From Macrostomum lignano (lineage: Eukaryota): DNA of 64,000 bases. The notes under the pieces are model-generated. The model did not search any database and had not been told where the DNA came from. It saw only the letters and a program-made list of their open reading frames with translations. Of the stretch, positions 1-13,365 are shown piece after piece. How positions within the stretch are numbered: position 1 is the stretch's first letter; each line of letters opens with the position of its first letter. The DNA lies in the NCBI GenBank assembly GCA_002269645.1, contig NIVC01001944.1:124001-188000 (forward strand). The letters run 5' to 3'. The translations under genes and the position numbers were made by a program.

Positions 1-33
1 CAACTTGATTGGCTTTCAACCAGAGAGAGGGCG

Positions 34-232
34 AGATTTTAGCGCCCTAAAGTCCTAGACGATCGAGATTTTAGCGCCAATTTAGCGCCAATTTAGCGCC
101 CTAGGCAAGAGAGCTTAGCGCCAATTTAGCGCTCTAGCCAAGAGATTTTAGCGCCAATTTAGCGCCCTAGGCGAGAGATTTTAGCACAGCAATTTAGCGC
201 TCTAGGGAAGAGATTTTTGCGCCAATGTAGCC
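34..232. repeat. Degenerate minisatellite with core (GA)TTTTAGCGCC(AA)
   Basis: About 10 recurrences of atttagcgcc/ttttagcgcc at irregular 11-40 bp spacing. Confidence 0.8.
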
Positions 233-1250
233 CTATGGGCAACTTTTCGCTTTTAAATTCGAGTTCCAGCATGTACTGCTACTACAATAGGCAGCTACCC
301 ATTTTGCTGACAATTTTGTAACAATTAAGACTAACAATTTTAATTGCCGGAGATTGGGTCAAGAAGAGCATTTCTGACTACATTTTAGCTCGTTTTCCAT
401 GCAGTCTGCCTTTCGGAGGTTCTTAAACTGCAATTCAGATTTCCACAGTTACAGAAAGTTATATGCGGTGTCAACAAGCAGAAAAGTACACGTGGAGATA
501 AGATAAACAAGCCCGAGAGAAACTGCTGAGTGAGAAGTATTTATGAGTTGAATAAACAAGCGGTGGACACCTTTAGAGTCAAAAGGCTCGAGGGGTGAAA
601 CTCGGGGAGTCAGAAATACTGTCTCAGGATTGTCTGATGCAGAAGCAAATTTAACAAAAGGAACAATTACATCTTCAAAATCGCAGCAGCTAAAAATAGA
701 CTCATGGGCAATCAGCTGAGCGAGAGACCCAGGCCAGACGCTCCAGTTTGATCACGCGCTACCCGACTGACAGAAATCTTTTCTGTCAAACCATGCAACC
801 GCCGCCACCACGCTGACGGCAACCCCCCTCCCACACACCTAAGGCTGCATTGAAAGAAGCCACGCCGCTATCATTGAAAGGTCAGATAAGGCCAACCAAC
901 GCGGCCCCTCTGTGGGGTGTCTCTCTGTGTTTTCTGTGCCAGCCTACGCACGGGCTTGCGCTTGCCTCGGGCAGACAGATAAGAGGCGCCCCGCCCCCAC
1001 CCCCGCCGTCACGCCGGGCTCACATGGCTCGGGCAATTTATTTATACTTAGCCGGGCTGAACCAGCTCACGGGCTGAGACTCGGGCAGTTAATTCTTGCT
1101 CACAATTCTCTATTGAAATTTCCAATTTGATTTCCCCAGGCGCCAGGTGTGTCGCCAGGTGTGTCCGCCAGTCGGCTGTCATCATTATCTCTGCTGATTA
1201 AAGAGCCGCCTTGGCCTTGAATAATTATCGACTGCAGGCAACACAGAGCC

Positions 1251-1674
1251 ATGCCGTTCAATGTGCCCACGGCGGGAGCGCTGAAGGAGGCGGCTGACTT
1301 CATAATGACCAGCACCAGAAGCAGCCCGGAGGCCTCGCCGGTGTTCGACCATCATGATGACTCATGGCAGGTGAGCAGCTACTCAAATTATTTCTCAACA
1401 TCTGCGGCGCCGCTGGACCGTTACACCGACGCTCTGGTGGCGGAGATCGGGGCGGCCACTGAGCTTCCAGTGAAGGACAGACATTCGCTGCCGAGGCTGT
1501 CGACCCTCGCAGCTACGGCGGCTGCTAGCCACCGGACTGAGCTTCCACCGCCGGGCTGGCGACGCTGGCGGCGGAGGCGGCGAGTGACCTTCGCCGATGA
1601 GGTCGGCCTGCAGCTGGAGCGGGTGGCCTGCAGGGGCACGGATTTCTACAGCGGCTCCGGGGAGGACAGCGAAG
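1251..1674 (+). CDS. PPP1R3: PP1 glycogen-targeting regulatory subunit (PPP1R3 family), exon 1
   Basis: ATG in gccATGc context. Encodes RRRRRVTFADEVGLQLERV (RVTF at 1581-1592), matching the PPP1R3 RVxF-AD-x2-G-x2-L signature. Donor G|GTGAGA at 1675, phase 1. Confidence 0.85.
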
Positions 1675-2330
1675 GTGAGACAGCCGGTCCAGGCTGAGGT
1701 GTTAACTGGAGGTCAACTGACCCCTCTCTGCTCCAGTTGGGGTCAAAAGAGGGCTTAGGGGATCCGACCCAGCTGATAATGAACGAGAAATGTTTTGTAA
1801 TCAAAGCAGAGCCCAGCACATCGCGTTTTAGCATTAGGTCTCAGCAGGGTGGCTTTCTTCAGCTTCTACTGACAGTAGTAAAACGTGCGACAAATCGCCA
1901 AAAATTCTTCCACTGGTGAATTTTGCAAACATCAAATCGCGCCTTCAGTTTGATTGGCTGTCTCTCTGCTATATCAATTTTAAATTGTGCCCTAAAGTGC
2001 AGCTGATCTGTTTAAATGCAGCTAATCTAATCTGACTGGCTTCTCTCTGGCTTCTCTGTTCTCATTCGTATTCAGGAAATTTTCGAAACTAAGTGCAATA
2101 CTTGAACTTTGGCTTGAGCTTTTGGACTTTGCTGCCTATGCGTAGATAAACTAGGATCGTCCTTCTGAGTGCATGTCCTGTAAGAAAGCTTTGGCGCCAA
2201 TTTAAACTTATAGAATGCAGTTTTTTTGCATGCTTTAATAGAAAACAGCGTAGGTCACCATAGGATAGTCCTAATGCTGGCGAATCTCTTACTGAGCGTT
2301 AAATCGACACAGAAAGTTTTCCACACTTGA

Positions 2331-2356
2331 CAATCAATCAATCAATCAATCAGTCA

Positions 2357-2399
<43 letters not shown>

Positions 2400-3017
2400 A
2401 GTCAGTCAGTCAGTCAGTCAGTCAGTCAGTCAGTCAGTCAGTCAGTCAGTCAGTCAGTCAGTCAGTCAGTCAGTCAGTCAGTCAGTCAGTCAGTCAGTCA
2501 GTCAGTCAGTCAGTCAGTCAGTCAGTCAGTCAGTCAGTCAGTCAGTCAGTCAGTCAGTCAGTCAGTCAGTCAGTCAGTCAGTCAGTCAGTCAGTCAGTCA
2601 GTCAGTCAGTCAGTCAGTCAGTCAGTCAGTCAGTCAGTCAGTCAGTCAGTCAGTCAGTCAGTCAGTCAGTCAGTCAGTCAGTCAGTCAGTCAGTCAGTCA
2701 GTCAGTCAGTCAGTCAGTCAGTCAGTCAGTCAGTCAGTCAGTCAGTCAGTCAGTCAGTCAGTCAGTCAGTCAGTCAGTCAGTCAGTCAGTCAGTCAGTCA
2801 GTCAGTCAGTCAGTCAGTCAGTCAGTCAGTCAGTCAGTCAGTCAGTCAGTCAGTCAGTCAGTCAGTCAGTCAGTCAGTCAGTCAGTCAGTCAGTCAGTCA
2901 GTCAGTCAGTCAGTCAGTCAGTCAGTCAGTCAGTCAGTCAGTCAGTCAGTCAGTCAGTCAGTCAGTCAGTCAGTCAGTCAGTCAGTCAGTCAGTCAGTCA
3001 GTCAATCAACCAATCAA
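2331..3017 (+). repeat. (CAGT)n microsatellite with (CAAT)n ends, inside the PPP1R3-like intron
   Basis: Near-perfect tetranucleotide run of about 680 bp. Confidence 0.98.
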
Positions 3018-3057
3018 TTAAACAACTAATCAACCAACAAACAACCGATCCCCATAG

Positions 3058-3557
3058 CAACCAGCTTGGTCACCAGTGTCGACACCGGCAGCGCCAGGCA
3101 CCGCCGTTCGACGGTTTGCGGCTTCTTCAGCCAGACTGGCGGCGACACCGCGGCTTCTCTGTCGAGCTTCAGCAGCGACCCGCGGCCGCAGATTCACCTC
3201 TCCATGCTGCACCTGCGCCGGGACGGCAGCCTGGTTGCCATAGCAACCGTCACCTCGGCAACAATCAGCCGAGTGTTTGCCAGAATGACGCTGGACAGCT
3301 GGAACAGCTACCGGGATGTGGACGCGAGCAGCGGCGTCAAGGAGGACCCGGCGGCTTCCGACACGACCGTCTGCTCCATTGAACTGCTTCAGCAGAATCT
3401 GCAACAACTGCAGCAGCAGCAACAGCAGCTGGAGTTCTGCCTCTGTCTGCAGCGCGTTGACCCGGCTGGCAGCTGCGAGTCAGTCTGGGACAACAACGGC
3501 GGCCGGAACTACCGGCTGAAGCTGCCTGTCACGGACCTGTGCCCCGTTCCCGAGTGA
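3058..3557 (+). CDS. PPP1R3: PPP1R3-like exon 2 with CBM21 carbohydrate-binding domain
   Basis: Acceptor cccatAG at 3057 with CTAAT branch-like motif upstream; phase 1 joins G+CA=Ala. Motifs FSQ, RMTLDSWNSYRD, LEFCL and WDNNGGRNYRL match the CBM21 of PPP1R3 proteins. Stop TGA 3555-3557. Spliced CDS 924 nt = 307 aa. Confidence 0.88.
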
Positions 3558-3767
3558 AGGCGCAAATCTAACAATTTTCACAATGCAATATAAGTTCCAA
3601 ACTTATCAACTACTGCTCAAGTAGCATGTCAAAGTCTTGAGTACATCGCGTTTGATTCAATCCGACCAAGTCTTCCACCTCATTGGAGAGTTTCGCCTTT
3701 TTGTGGCTTTTCATTTCTGGCACCTCTGCTGCTGTGTAGAATAATTTCCATGGATCCATTCAGTGTC

Positions 3768-3773
3768 AATAAA
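3768..3773 (+). terminator. Candidate polyadenylation signal of the PPP1R3-like gene
   Basis: AATAAA about 210 nt after the stop, in an AT-rich 3' region; a second copy lies near 3877. Confidence 0.45.
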
Positions 3774-4004
3774 ATGCTTTTTTCATTTTACTGTGTCAAC
3801 AAAAATTGTCAATTCATTTTTATTAGCTGGTCATGAATTTTTGTAGAAATCATATTTTATTTGTGCTTCATTAATCAATAAAAATTCAATATTGGCTGCA
3901 GATCTGCAAAGATTGAGCTGTATGTGTTCTGATTCATTGCTTGAGCTCCTCAAGTTATTCTTTTGTTTGGCAAAATTGTGCTCAAATATGGCTTGCAATG
4001 GCTG

Positions 4005-4295
4005 TCGGAATTCCCCCCAGATACCACAACTGATAACCTGGGAATTCCTTGGATCCTGGGATTAATAACTTGGGGAATTCTCTTAGATACTGGGATTGAT
4101 GACTTGGGGAATTCCTTTGGATCCTGGGATTGATAACTTGGGGAATTCCCTTGGATCCTGTGATTGATAACTTGGGGAATTCTCTTAGATACTGGGATTG
4201 ATGACTTGGGGAATTCCTTTGGATCCTGGGATTGATGACTTGGGGAATTCCTTTGGATCCTGGGATTAATAACTTGGGAAATTCCCTTTGATTCT
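4005..4295. repeat. ~35-bp minisatellite GGGATTGAT(A/G)ACTTGGGGAATTCC(C/T)TTGGATCCT
   Basis: About 8 tandem copies. Confidence 0.92.
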
Positions 4296-4657
4296 GGGAT
4301 TGGCTATTATGGATATTATGCTTGATAATGGTATGAACAGTTTGGGAATATCACTAGTGATAAGAACGGCAGCAGTAGAATTACATCTATATGTTACTAA
4401 AAGTAGGATACAATACTTGTATTCATAAAATTCACTTCAAACTTGTTAGCCTCACACTCTCAGAGTAAATTTAGCTTTCGGCGGCACAAACTGCCGCAGC
4501 AAATTTCCTATCAACCAATCAGTTTGTCTATGGCCGAACTCGCAGATCTTCCCACAGCCGGGCAGCGGCAGCTCAGTCTGAGCAGTTCTCAAGTTTCACT
4601 CGCACAGCCAACCAGCCTGCCCGCGGCCATGCACTGCCGCTGACGCAGTTTCTGACG

Positions 4658-6108
4658 ATGCCGAGCGAAGCGCGCGGCGACAGCCGGCCGAGGCGGCGCC
4701 ACCGCCACCGACGCCACAGCAGCAGCCGCGACAGGCGCCGAAGCGACAACCGCAGCAACAGCAGACGGAAGGCCTTCAATGCAGTCAGCGGCACCACCGC
4801 CACCGCCAAGGAGCTGGTGGCCTCCTTCAAAACCATGACGCTCAGCAAGTCGATGCTGCAGCACCCGCCGCCGCCGCTGCCGCCAATCCCAGCGACCCGC
4901 TCAGCCGCCTACCCCGCCGCCACCACCACGCTGGATGACGAGGACGATGAGAACGCCTTCACGCTGCTGGACTGCATGTCCATCGTGCTCGGCGGCGGCG
5001 ACAGCCTCGACAAACGACGGTCGCAGCGACAGCGGGGGCTGAACCTCCAAGACGCTATGAACACCGTCAGCAGCCGGAGCAGCAGCAGCAGCCGAGACCA
5101 TCGGAGTCATCGCGCCACCCGCCACCGACACTGCCGCCGCTGTCAGGAGCATCATCTCCGCCGACACGAGCAGCGCCAGCGGCACCAGCGTCGGGCATCG
5201 CCCGCAGCCGGAGACGCCGCTGCCGCTGCCACCGTCGCCGTCGACCCCGACGCCGACGCAGCTGCCTGGCAAAAACGGCAGCCGCTGCCGCTGGCGGCCC
5301 GCCGGAGCTGCTTCGGCGGCTTCGAGCGGATCGACAACCCAATCAGCGTCGAGGAGGCGGCGCCGCTGGCAACTCCGCAGCCGCTGGCCGAGCGGGCGCG
5401 GGAGGCCGTGCAGCCGCCGGGAGCCGCCTGCTGGCTGTTCCGCTGCGCCGAGTTGCCGCTGCTGCCCCACACAGCCGCCAGCGTCCGCCTGCCGCCGACT
5501 CCGCCGCCGCTACACTCGCCAGCCTCGCCGATGTCGACATCCGTGACCGGGACGACGGCGTCGGAGCAGCGGCGGCATCGTCGGCACCATCGTCATTGCC
5601 GGCATCGGTGCCGCCGCACTCTTGACGACAACGGCGACTGCGACGGTAACGGCGATGGTGACCTTCGTGACCGTCAGCGGCATCGAAGTCGAAGGCGACG
5701 CAGCCTTCGCCAGCTGGAAGGCGGCGTCGGTGACGAAATTGCCGCCGCCAGCTATGACGATTCCATCATCGACATTAGCGCGTCGACGCTCGCCATCGAC
5801 GTTGGTCGGTCGGTCGCCGCGGCGCCGTCTCGAAGGCACCTGCTGGAGCCGCCGATGCCGCCGAGTCACCGCGTCCGCGTGCCAGCCGGCGCAACTTCCG
5901 GGCAGCCGCCGCCGAAACCGCCGACTGCGGCAGCGGCAGCCACGGCTGCGGCCGCGAATGCGGCGCTGGTGTACGGCGGCCGGCTGACCCGGAAAGCGGC
6001 TCGGACGGCGCGGTCGGTGAGCCGGCAGCTGCGGCGAGCGATGTGCGGCCGGCATGCCGAGACCGAAGACCTGGAGGGGCGTCAGGCGCCGGTGGAGTCG
6101 CAGCTGTG
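4658..6108 (+). CDS. Unidentified Arg/His/Pro/Ala-rich, probably disordered protein, exon 1
   Basis: 1.45-kb GC-rich open frame with strongly G/C-ending codons, not a tandem repeat. CCAAT box at ~4515. Donor TG|GTGAGC at 6109 (phase 2) overlaps the apparent TGA stop. Confidence 0.72.
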
Positions 6109-6407
6109 GTGAGCGCCGGGTTTGGGGCGTCTCCGTGGCTTGGGTGTTGGTCCTCGTGGGCGGGAATTGCACGAAAAGGCTCAACGTAATTTTTCTGTTT
6201 GCGAAGCTCAAATTCAACAGTTACTCAGGGAATCCACCTCAAGAGAGTCCACATGCCTGACGATTAGAAAGTGAAGGGCTGCTGTACATCCTGTGGCCTG
6301 CGCACAGCATTGGCGCACTTGCATGGATCAGGAGTCAGCGGAATTGGATAATTGCCTCAGCGCTGGCTGCGGGACCGATGTCACCCCCCCTATCCCTGAT
6401 CCGCCAG

Positions 6408-6930
6408 TGACCAGCTGAAGCAGCTGCAAAGGCAGCAGCAGCAGCAGCACGAAGTTCAGTCTGAGCTGCCAGCCGCCAGCTGCCAGTTGAGCAACGCCAA
6501 CGCCAACAACGACAAGGCGGAGGCCGGCGGCCGCTGCCGCTGCTCAGACGATGATGACGAAGACTTCAGCAGCCTGTTGCGCACTCTGGATCGCGCCAGG
6601 AGGCGGCAGAGGCGGCACTCAGCTAACCAGTCTGAAGTGCACGCTGCTCCTGCTCACTTTGAGTTCTTTGTGAGGGCCGGGGAATCTTTAACATCATCGG
6701 CGTCTCCAAGCAGCCGGTCCTTCGTCAGCGAGGACTCCCAGACTCAGCAGCAGCAGATGCCGCCGCCACCGCCGCCCAGTCGCGGCAGTCGGCGACCCCA
6801 CGGCAATTTGAGTCGCAAGATTGAGCTCATCAACAGCATGGCTGAGTCCCTGCTGGGCCTGTCGCAAAGTCTCAAAGGATGCGTCGGCAACATCAACAAA
6901 AGCCTCGGACTGATGTGCGAGCCTGAATAA
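6408..6930 (+). CDS. Unidentified protein, exon 2
   Basis: Acceptor ccgccAG at 6407; TG+T=Cys keeps the frame into DQLKQLQRQQQQQ and the tracked ORF 6487..6930, ending TAA. Spliced CDS 1974 nt = 657 aa. Confidence 0.65.
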
Positions 6931-6959
6931 GTGCTTTTATCTGGGACTCGCGAACTTTA

Positions 6960-7145
6960 CGGGTGCGTGCGTTCTGTACGAGTGCACTTGTACTTTCCGA
7001 GTACTAGTGTACTTTATTAGTGCACGTGTACTTACTGAGTTTATTTGTACTTTGCAAGTGCTCGTGCACTTTCCAGTGCACGCGTACTTCATTAGCACTC
7101 TGGTTATGTACTATTCTGTGCGTATTTTTAAGTGCATCCGTACTT
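6960..7145. repeat. Degenerate GTAC/GTGCAC-rich short repeats
   Basis: Recurrent gtgcac/gtacttt words at roughly 16-20 bp spacing. Confidence 0.5.
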
Positions 7146-7544
7146 TAATTAGTCCGTGAAAAATTCATTTCCAAAAACTTTTTTGTTCTCCCTTAACCAG
7201 TAATTTTCTGTAAAACATTGGGGAGAAGTAAAATAAATGACAAAACTAACTTAAGTACGGCTATGAATATTCACCAGATCAAGTACAGAGTTGACCGAGA
7301 GTTTCTTAATAAAAGTTGCCATTTCCGTCAGTTTGCTCAGGTAGAGACAACGGAAGTAATCAAATTTTTAAGCAAATTCTTTCATTTCATGTTCATTTTG
7401 TCCTGGCAAGGTGCGCAGCGAGATGTGGCAGCATGCATCCCACGTGACTTCGATCGGTCTTTCGCCCGCAAAACAGCACTTTTTGCACTCTTCGACTCTC
7501 GCGGATTTCTAATAGTCCGTGCATTTGCCTCCATGGTCACCAAA

Positions 7545-7810
7545 TCCACTCCTCTCATGTCTTTCCCTCCCCTCCCCTCTCCCTCTCCCCTCCTCCTCTC
7601 CCCTTTACTCTCCCCCACTCTCCCCACTCTCCCCCCTCTCCCCCTCTCTACCCCTCTCTCCCCTCTCTCCCTCTCTCTCCCCCTCTCTCCCTCTCTCTCC
7701 CTCTCTCTCTCCCCCTTTTTCCTCCCCCTCTCTCCCCCTCTCTCTCCTCTTCTCTCTTTCCCTCTCTTTCCCCTTACTCTCTCCCTTCGTTCTTTATTCC
7801 TTTTCTCTTC
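7545..7810 (+). repeat. CT-rich low-complexity tract
   Basis: Almost exclusively C/T. Confidence 0.9.
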
Positions 7811-8638
7811 ATTTTTTATTTGCTCATTTTGAATGTTTTCAATGAATAAAAAACCTCCGCTGAACATGTTGTCCTTGCCTCCCTACTGTGAGTAGAGTAA
7901 CCCAGCTCTCTATTCAAATAAAAAAGTTCTGCCGAAGGACATGACTCGTGATGCAAATATGTGCAATACAATATATTATGCAATGGCAGCTGAAAGTAAT
8001 AGCAGAGCATTGAAAGCTTGAAAGTCGATCCTGAGAAGTGAGAATGCCCAGCACACAGAGGATCCTATCTGTGCGCAATCACCTATGCTTAATGCAACAA
8101 TTTGCATTGCCTGGTCCCGTAGGGGAATTCTCTAAGGAAGTTGTTCTGCATCAGCAGTCGACGGCGAGCCTGAGGATTTGCCAGCCACACAGCACAGCTC
8201 TGCACCGGAGGCTATACGAGCATTATTAGCCTTTTTCTGTGAGGCCGAGGGTCCTGGCTGGGCGCCAGGGAAAGTGTGACGTAACCAGGGAGGGTAGCGA
8301 TCGGCTGCGCCTCTGCGAGCCCCGATTACCGAAATCAATGAGGGGCGCTCCGCCGTGTCAGCTGTGACTGACACATCCGACTGTGGCTTATCAGCTTATC
8401 TGATCCCCTGCATTGCCAGAACGCCGCCTCCGGGATGTTGCACTGCGATTACAGGGCCGAGCTGGGGGCTGCATGGCTGTTTGACACTTGCTGACTGACC
8501 CAGGGCCGGGCGACTCTGTCAGCCTGCAGCATTTTTACACGGCTTTATCAACAGGAGATTGACGGACTGCAGGCGGCCGCCGCGCATTCCCCCGGCTTTT
8601 GGCTGATCCTGCTGAGACAGGGAATGAGACAGGAGCTA

Positions 8639-9586
<948 letters not shown>

Positions 9587-10557
9587 CATTCATCCCAAAG
9601 CAAGGATCAGTTTCCCATATAATTCCAGCCGCTCCCACGCCAGCCAAGTCGCCAGCCGGTGCAGCACCCTGTCAGTTGTTGTTATTTGGCAGGAAGGTGC
9701 ATCTCCGACGCTGTCATGCCGAGCTCTTGGGAAGGCCCGTGCGCTGCTGCCGGGTGTTGGCGGAACCCCGGGCCCCAATCTCAGGCCAGCTGATTATCTA
9801 ACAGCTCCCCAAGCAAAATACCGCCCACAATAATAGAGGCCGGAGAGCTTGGGCCCCCTCACTCAGGCCAGGTATTTTCCTGACCCTCTGCAGCGCCAAA
9901 AAGCGCCCCAGAGATTCGCAAGCGGCCAGCTGGGCTCTGGGGTTGGTGGAGTGGCTAGGGGTGCCGTGGCCGCGCCTGGAGTGGGTGAGAGAGAGCGGCC
10001 CCCGGATTACGTAATCAAAATAATTACCGAGCGTCTGCCGGCTCCACCCCCGTGCACCCCGCGAAAATCCGACATCAAGCGGTGCCGCTCGCGGCGGCAA
10101 CTTCAGTGTGGCTTGTCGCCCAGCCTCCTGAGAGATGAAGAGAAGGCGGATGACCAGCCGGCGCTGATTCTTTTTCTGTTCTTTAAAAATGTAAAATCTA
10201 AAAAAACGGAATTTTGCTGGAAGTGACGACGTCCTGAGAGAGAGGCAGGGCGATATGACAGGCGACTTTGCCAGCGCAGTAATTGGAGGTGGACGCGAGG
10301 GTTCAGAATGGGGATTATGACCTAATGACGCCTCCGAGCTGCGGGGCGCCTCCCGTCCGAGCGCCCCCCGTTCAAGGCGGCCCCTTTAAATCCCCAGAAA
10401 TCAACGGGAGATCGAAGGCAACCAACTTGGGGAATTCAATGAACTGGCGGGAGCGCTGCTTGATTGAAGGGAAGATATGAATGCGCGGCCTCTGACCCCT
10501 GTGGACACGTTTGCAGTGAGAAAGGGCTGTGCTGCTGATCTTCCTGCGTTCCCGAGA

Positions 10558-11248
<691 letters not shown>

Positions 11249-11627
11249 AGTCAAGAGCTGTTGAGTCGGTAATCCGAGGCTGCACACGCCAGGATGCTGA
11301 TTGCTTCATCAGATCTCACTCAGTCCGGCTAAGCGGACACGTGCGCCAAAGCTGGCTGTGCCGGAAGCTCCAGCATTTCTAGGAATCGGTCTCCACTTCC
11401 CGTGATTCGGTGATGGATTAAGTTCCCACTATTTATGCTAATTCTACTGTCCAGCTGTCATCCCAAACTTGAACGATTTGAGCGATAAACTGATGAAAAT
11501 TGCTCACAGATATCTCGAGATCCTCTGATGGAAGCTGCTTAGAATTTTTATTGCTTTGTGGCCTCTGGCTGCAGCTCAGCTTCCTTCAGTGCTCATCTGA
11601 AGAATCTGCAGATATATGTCGCACTCT

Positions 11628-12250
11628 ATTGTCACTCTCCGTGTCACTCTCCGTGTCACTCTCCGTGTCACTCTCCGTGTCACTCTCCTTGTCACTCTCC
11701 GTGTCACTCTCCTTGTCACTCTCCATGTCACTCTCCATGTCACTCTCCGTGTCACTCTCCTTGTCAGTCTCCATGACATTCTCCGTGTCACTTTCCCTGT
11801 CACTCTCCGTGTCACTATCCGTGTCACTCTCCGTGTCACTCTCCGTGTCAGTCTCCGTGTCCGTCTCCATGTCACTCTCCGTGTCACTCTCCGTGTCACT
11901 CTCCGTGTCACTCTCCGTGTCACTCTCCTTGTCACTCTCCATGTCACTCTCCATGTCACTCTCCGTGTCACTCTCCGTGTCACTCTCCGTGTCACTCTCC
12001 GTGTCACTCTCCGTGTCACTCTCCGTGTCACTCTCCGTGTCACTCTCCGTGTCACTCTCCGTGTCACTCTCCGTGTCACTCTCCGTGTCACTCTCCGTGT
12101 CACTCTCCGTGTCACTCTCCGTGTCACTCTCCGTGTCACTCTCCGTGTCACTCTCCCTGTCACTCTCCGTGTAACTATCCGTGTCAGTCTCCGTGTCAGT
12201 CTCCATGTCACTCTCCGTGTCACTCCCCATGTCACTCTCAGTGTCACTCT
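11628..12250 (+). repeat. 12-bp minisatellite GTCACTCTCCGT
   Basis: About 50 copies with ctt/cat variants. Confidence 0.97.
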
Positions 12251-12719
12251 GGCTATGCTTCCGCGTGTCGGCAATTTTATAATTTAGTGGCTGTGCTGCG
12301 TCGTGACCCTGAACTCCAGTGTTCGCGCATCTTGTTATTTGCACTTTGCGTGTACTTTGACTATCTACTAGCCAAATGTTTCAGTTTTCTGAACGGCAGA
12401 ATCTCTGCAGTTTATTGCCGCCGTGATTCCACTTCTTCTCTTTACTGGGCAGCTGCAAAGCGGAATGCTGCGGAATCTGCTTTTACACGGAGATAAAAGT
12501 TGAAACAAGGAGTCGCCACAGGCAATAAATAATTTGGCATTCTGCCTACCGGATGCCGGAAGCAAAACTTGATGCTTTGAACTTCTAAAAAATTCTAGAA
12601 ATTTTGGCAGACAGTTGTCGAGAATTTCAGTGGACGGTTGAATAGAATTCTTTGGAGAAGCTTCTGGTGATTGAACAGCATCAGTACCTGTGCTGCCCGC
12701 CTGCCTCCACTCTTGTGTG

Positions 12720-13365
12720 CTCCTCACTCATTCTTTCTCTCTCCCGTTGTCTCTGTCTCTCTCTCTCATATCCAATTCTCTCTTTTCTCCCCTTCTCTCT
12801 CTCCATCAGCCCTTCTCTCTCACGTCCCCTTCTCTCTCTCATCTCCCCTTCTCTCTCATCTCCCCTTCTCTCTCTCATCTCCCCTTCTCTCTCTCATCTC
12901 CCCTTCTCTCTCATCTCCCCTTCTCTCTCTCATCTCCCCCCTCTCTCTCATGTTCCCTTCTCTCTCTCATCTTCCCCCCTCTCTCTCATGTTCCCTTCTC
13001 TCTCTCATCTTCCCTTCTCTCTCTCATCTTCCCTTCTCTCTCTCATCTCTCCTCTCTCTCTCTCATCTCCCCTTGTCTCTCTCATCTCCCCTCTCTCTCT
13101 CATGTTCCCTTCTCTCTCTCATCTCCCCTTCTCTCTCTCATCTCTCCTCTCTCTCTCTCATCTCCCCTTCTCTCTCATCATCTCCCCTTCTTTTTCTCTC
13201 ATGTCCCCTTCTCTCTCTCTCATCTCCCCTTCTCTCTCTCACCTGCCCTTCTCTCTCTTATCTCCCCATGTCTCTCTCAGCTCCCCCGCTCTCTCATCTC
13301 CCCTTCTCTCTCTCAGCTCCCCTTCTTTCTCTCTTTTCCCCCTCTGTCTCCTCCTTTATCTCCCT
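12720..13365 (+). repeat. CT-rich degenerate minisatellite (TCTCTCTCATCTCCCCT-like)
   Basis: Pyrimidine tract with recurrent catctcccct and catgttccct words. Confidence 0.92.

Noticed and set aside
2327-3382. 351-aa (SVSQ)n ORF
   Set aside because: Translation of the intronic (CAGT)n run; the real coding frame starts at the acceptor at 3058.
4901-6217. Several antisense and alternate-frame ORFs over the orphan gene
   Set aside because: Shadows of GC-rich coding sequence with few stop codons.
6305-6410. Possible tiny MITE supplying the orphan gene acceptor (CATTGGCG...CGCCAGTG)
   Set aside because: The inverted match is only about 8 bp with a mismatch and there is no clear target duplication.
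11586-12344. (TESD)n ORF resembling Ser-Asp repeat adhesins or biomineral proteins
   Set aside because: Pure 12-bp minisatellite, open in several frames, with no signal peptide or domain and no synonymous-site pattern.
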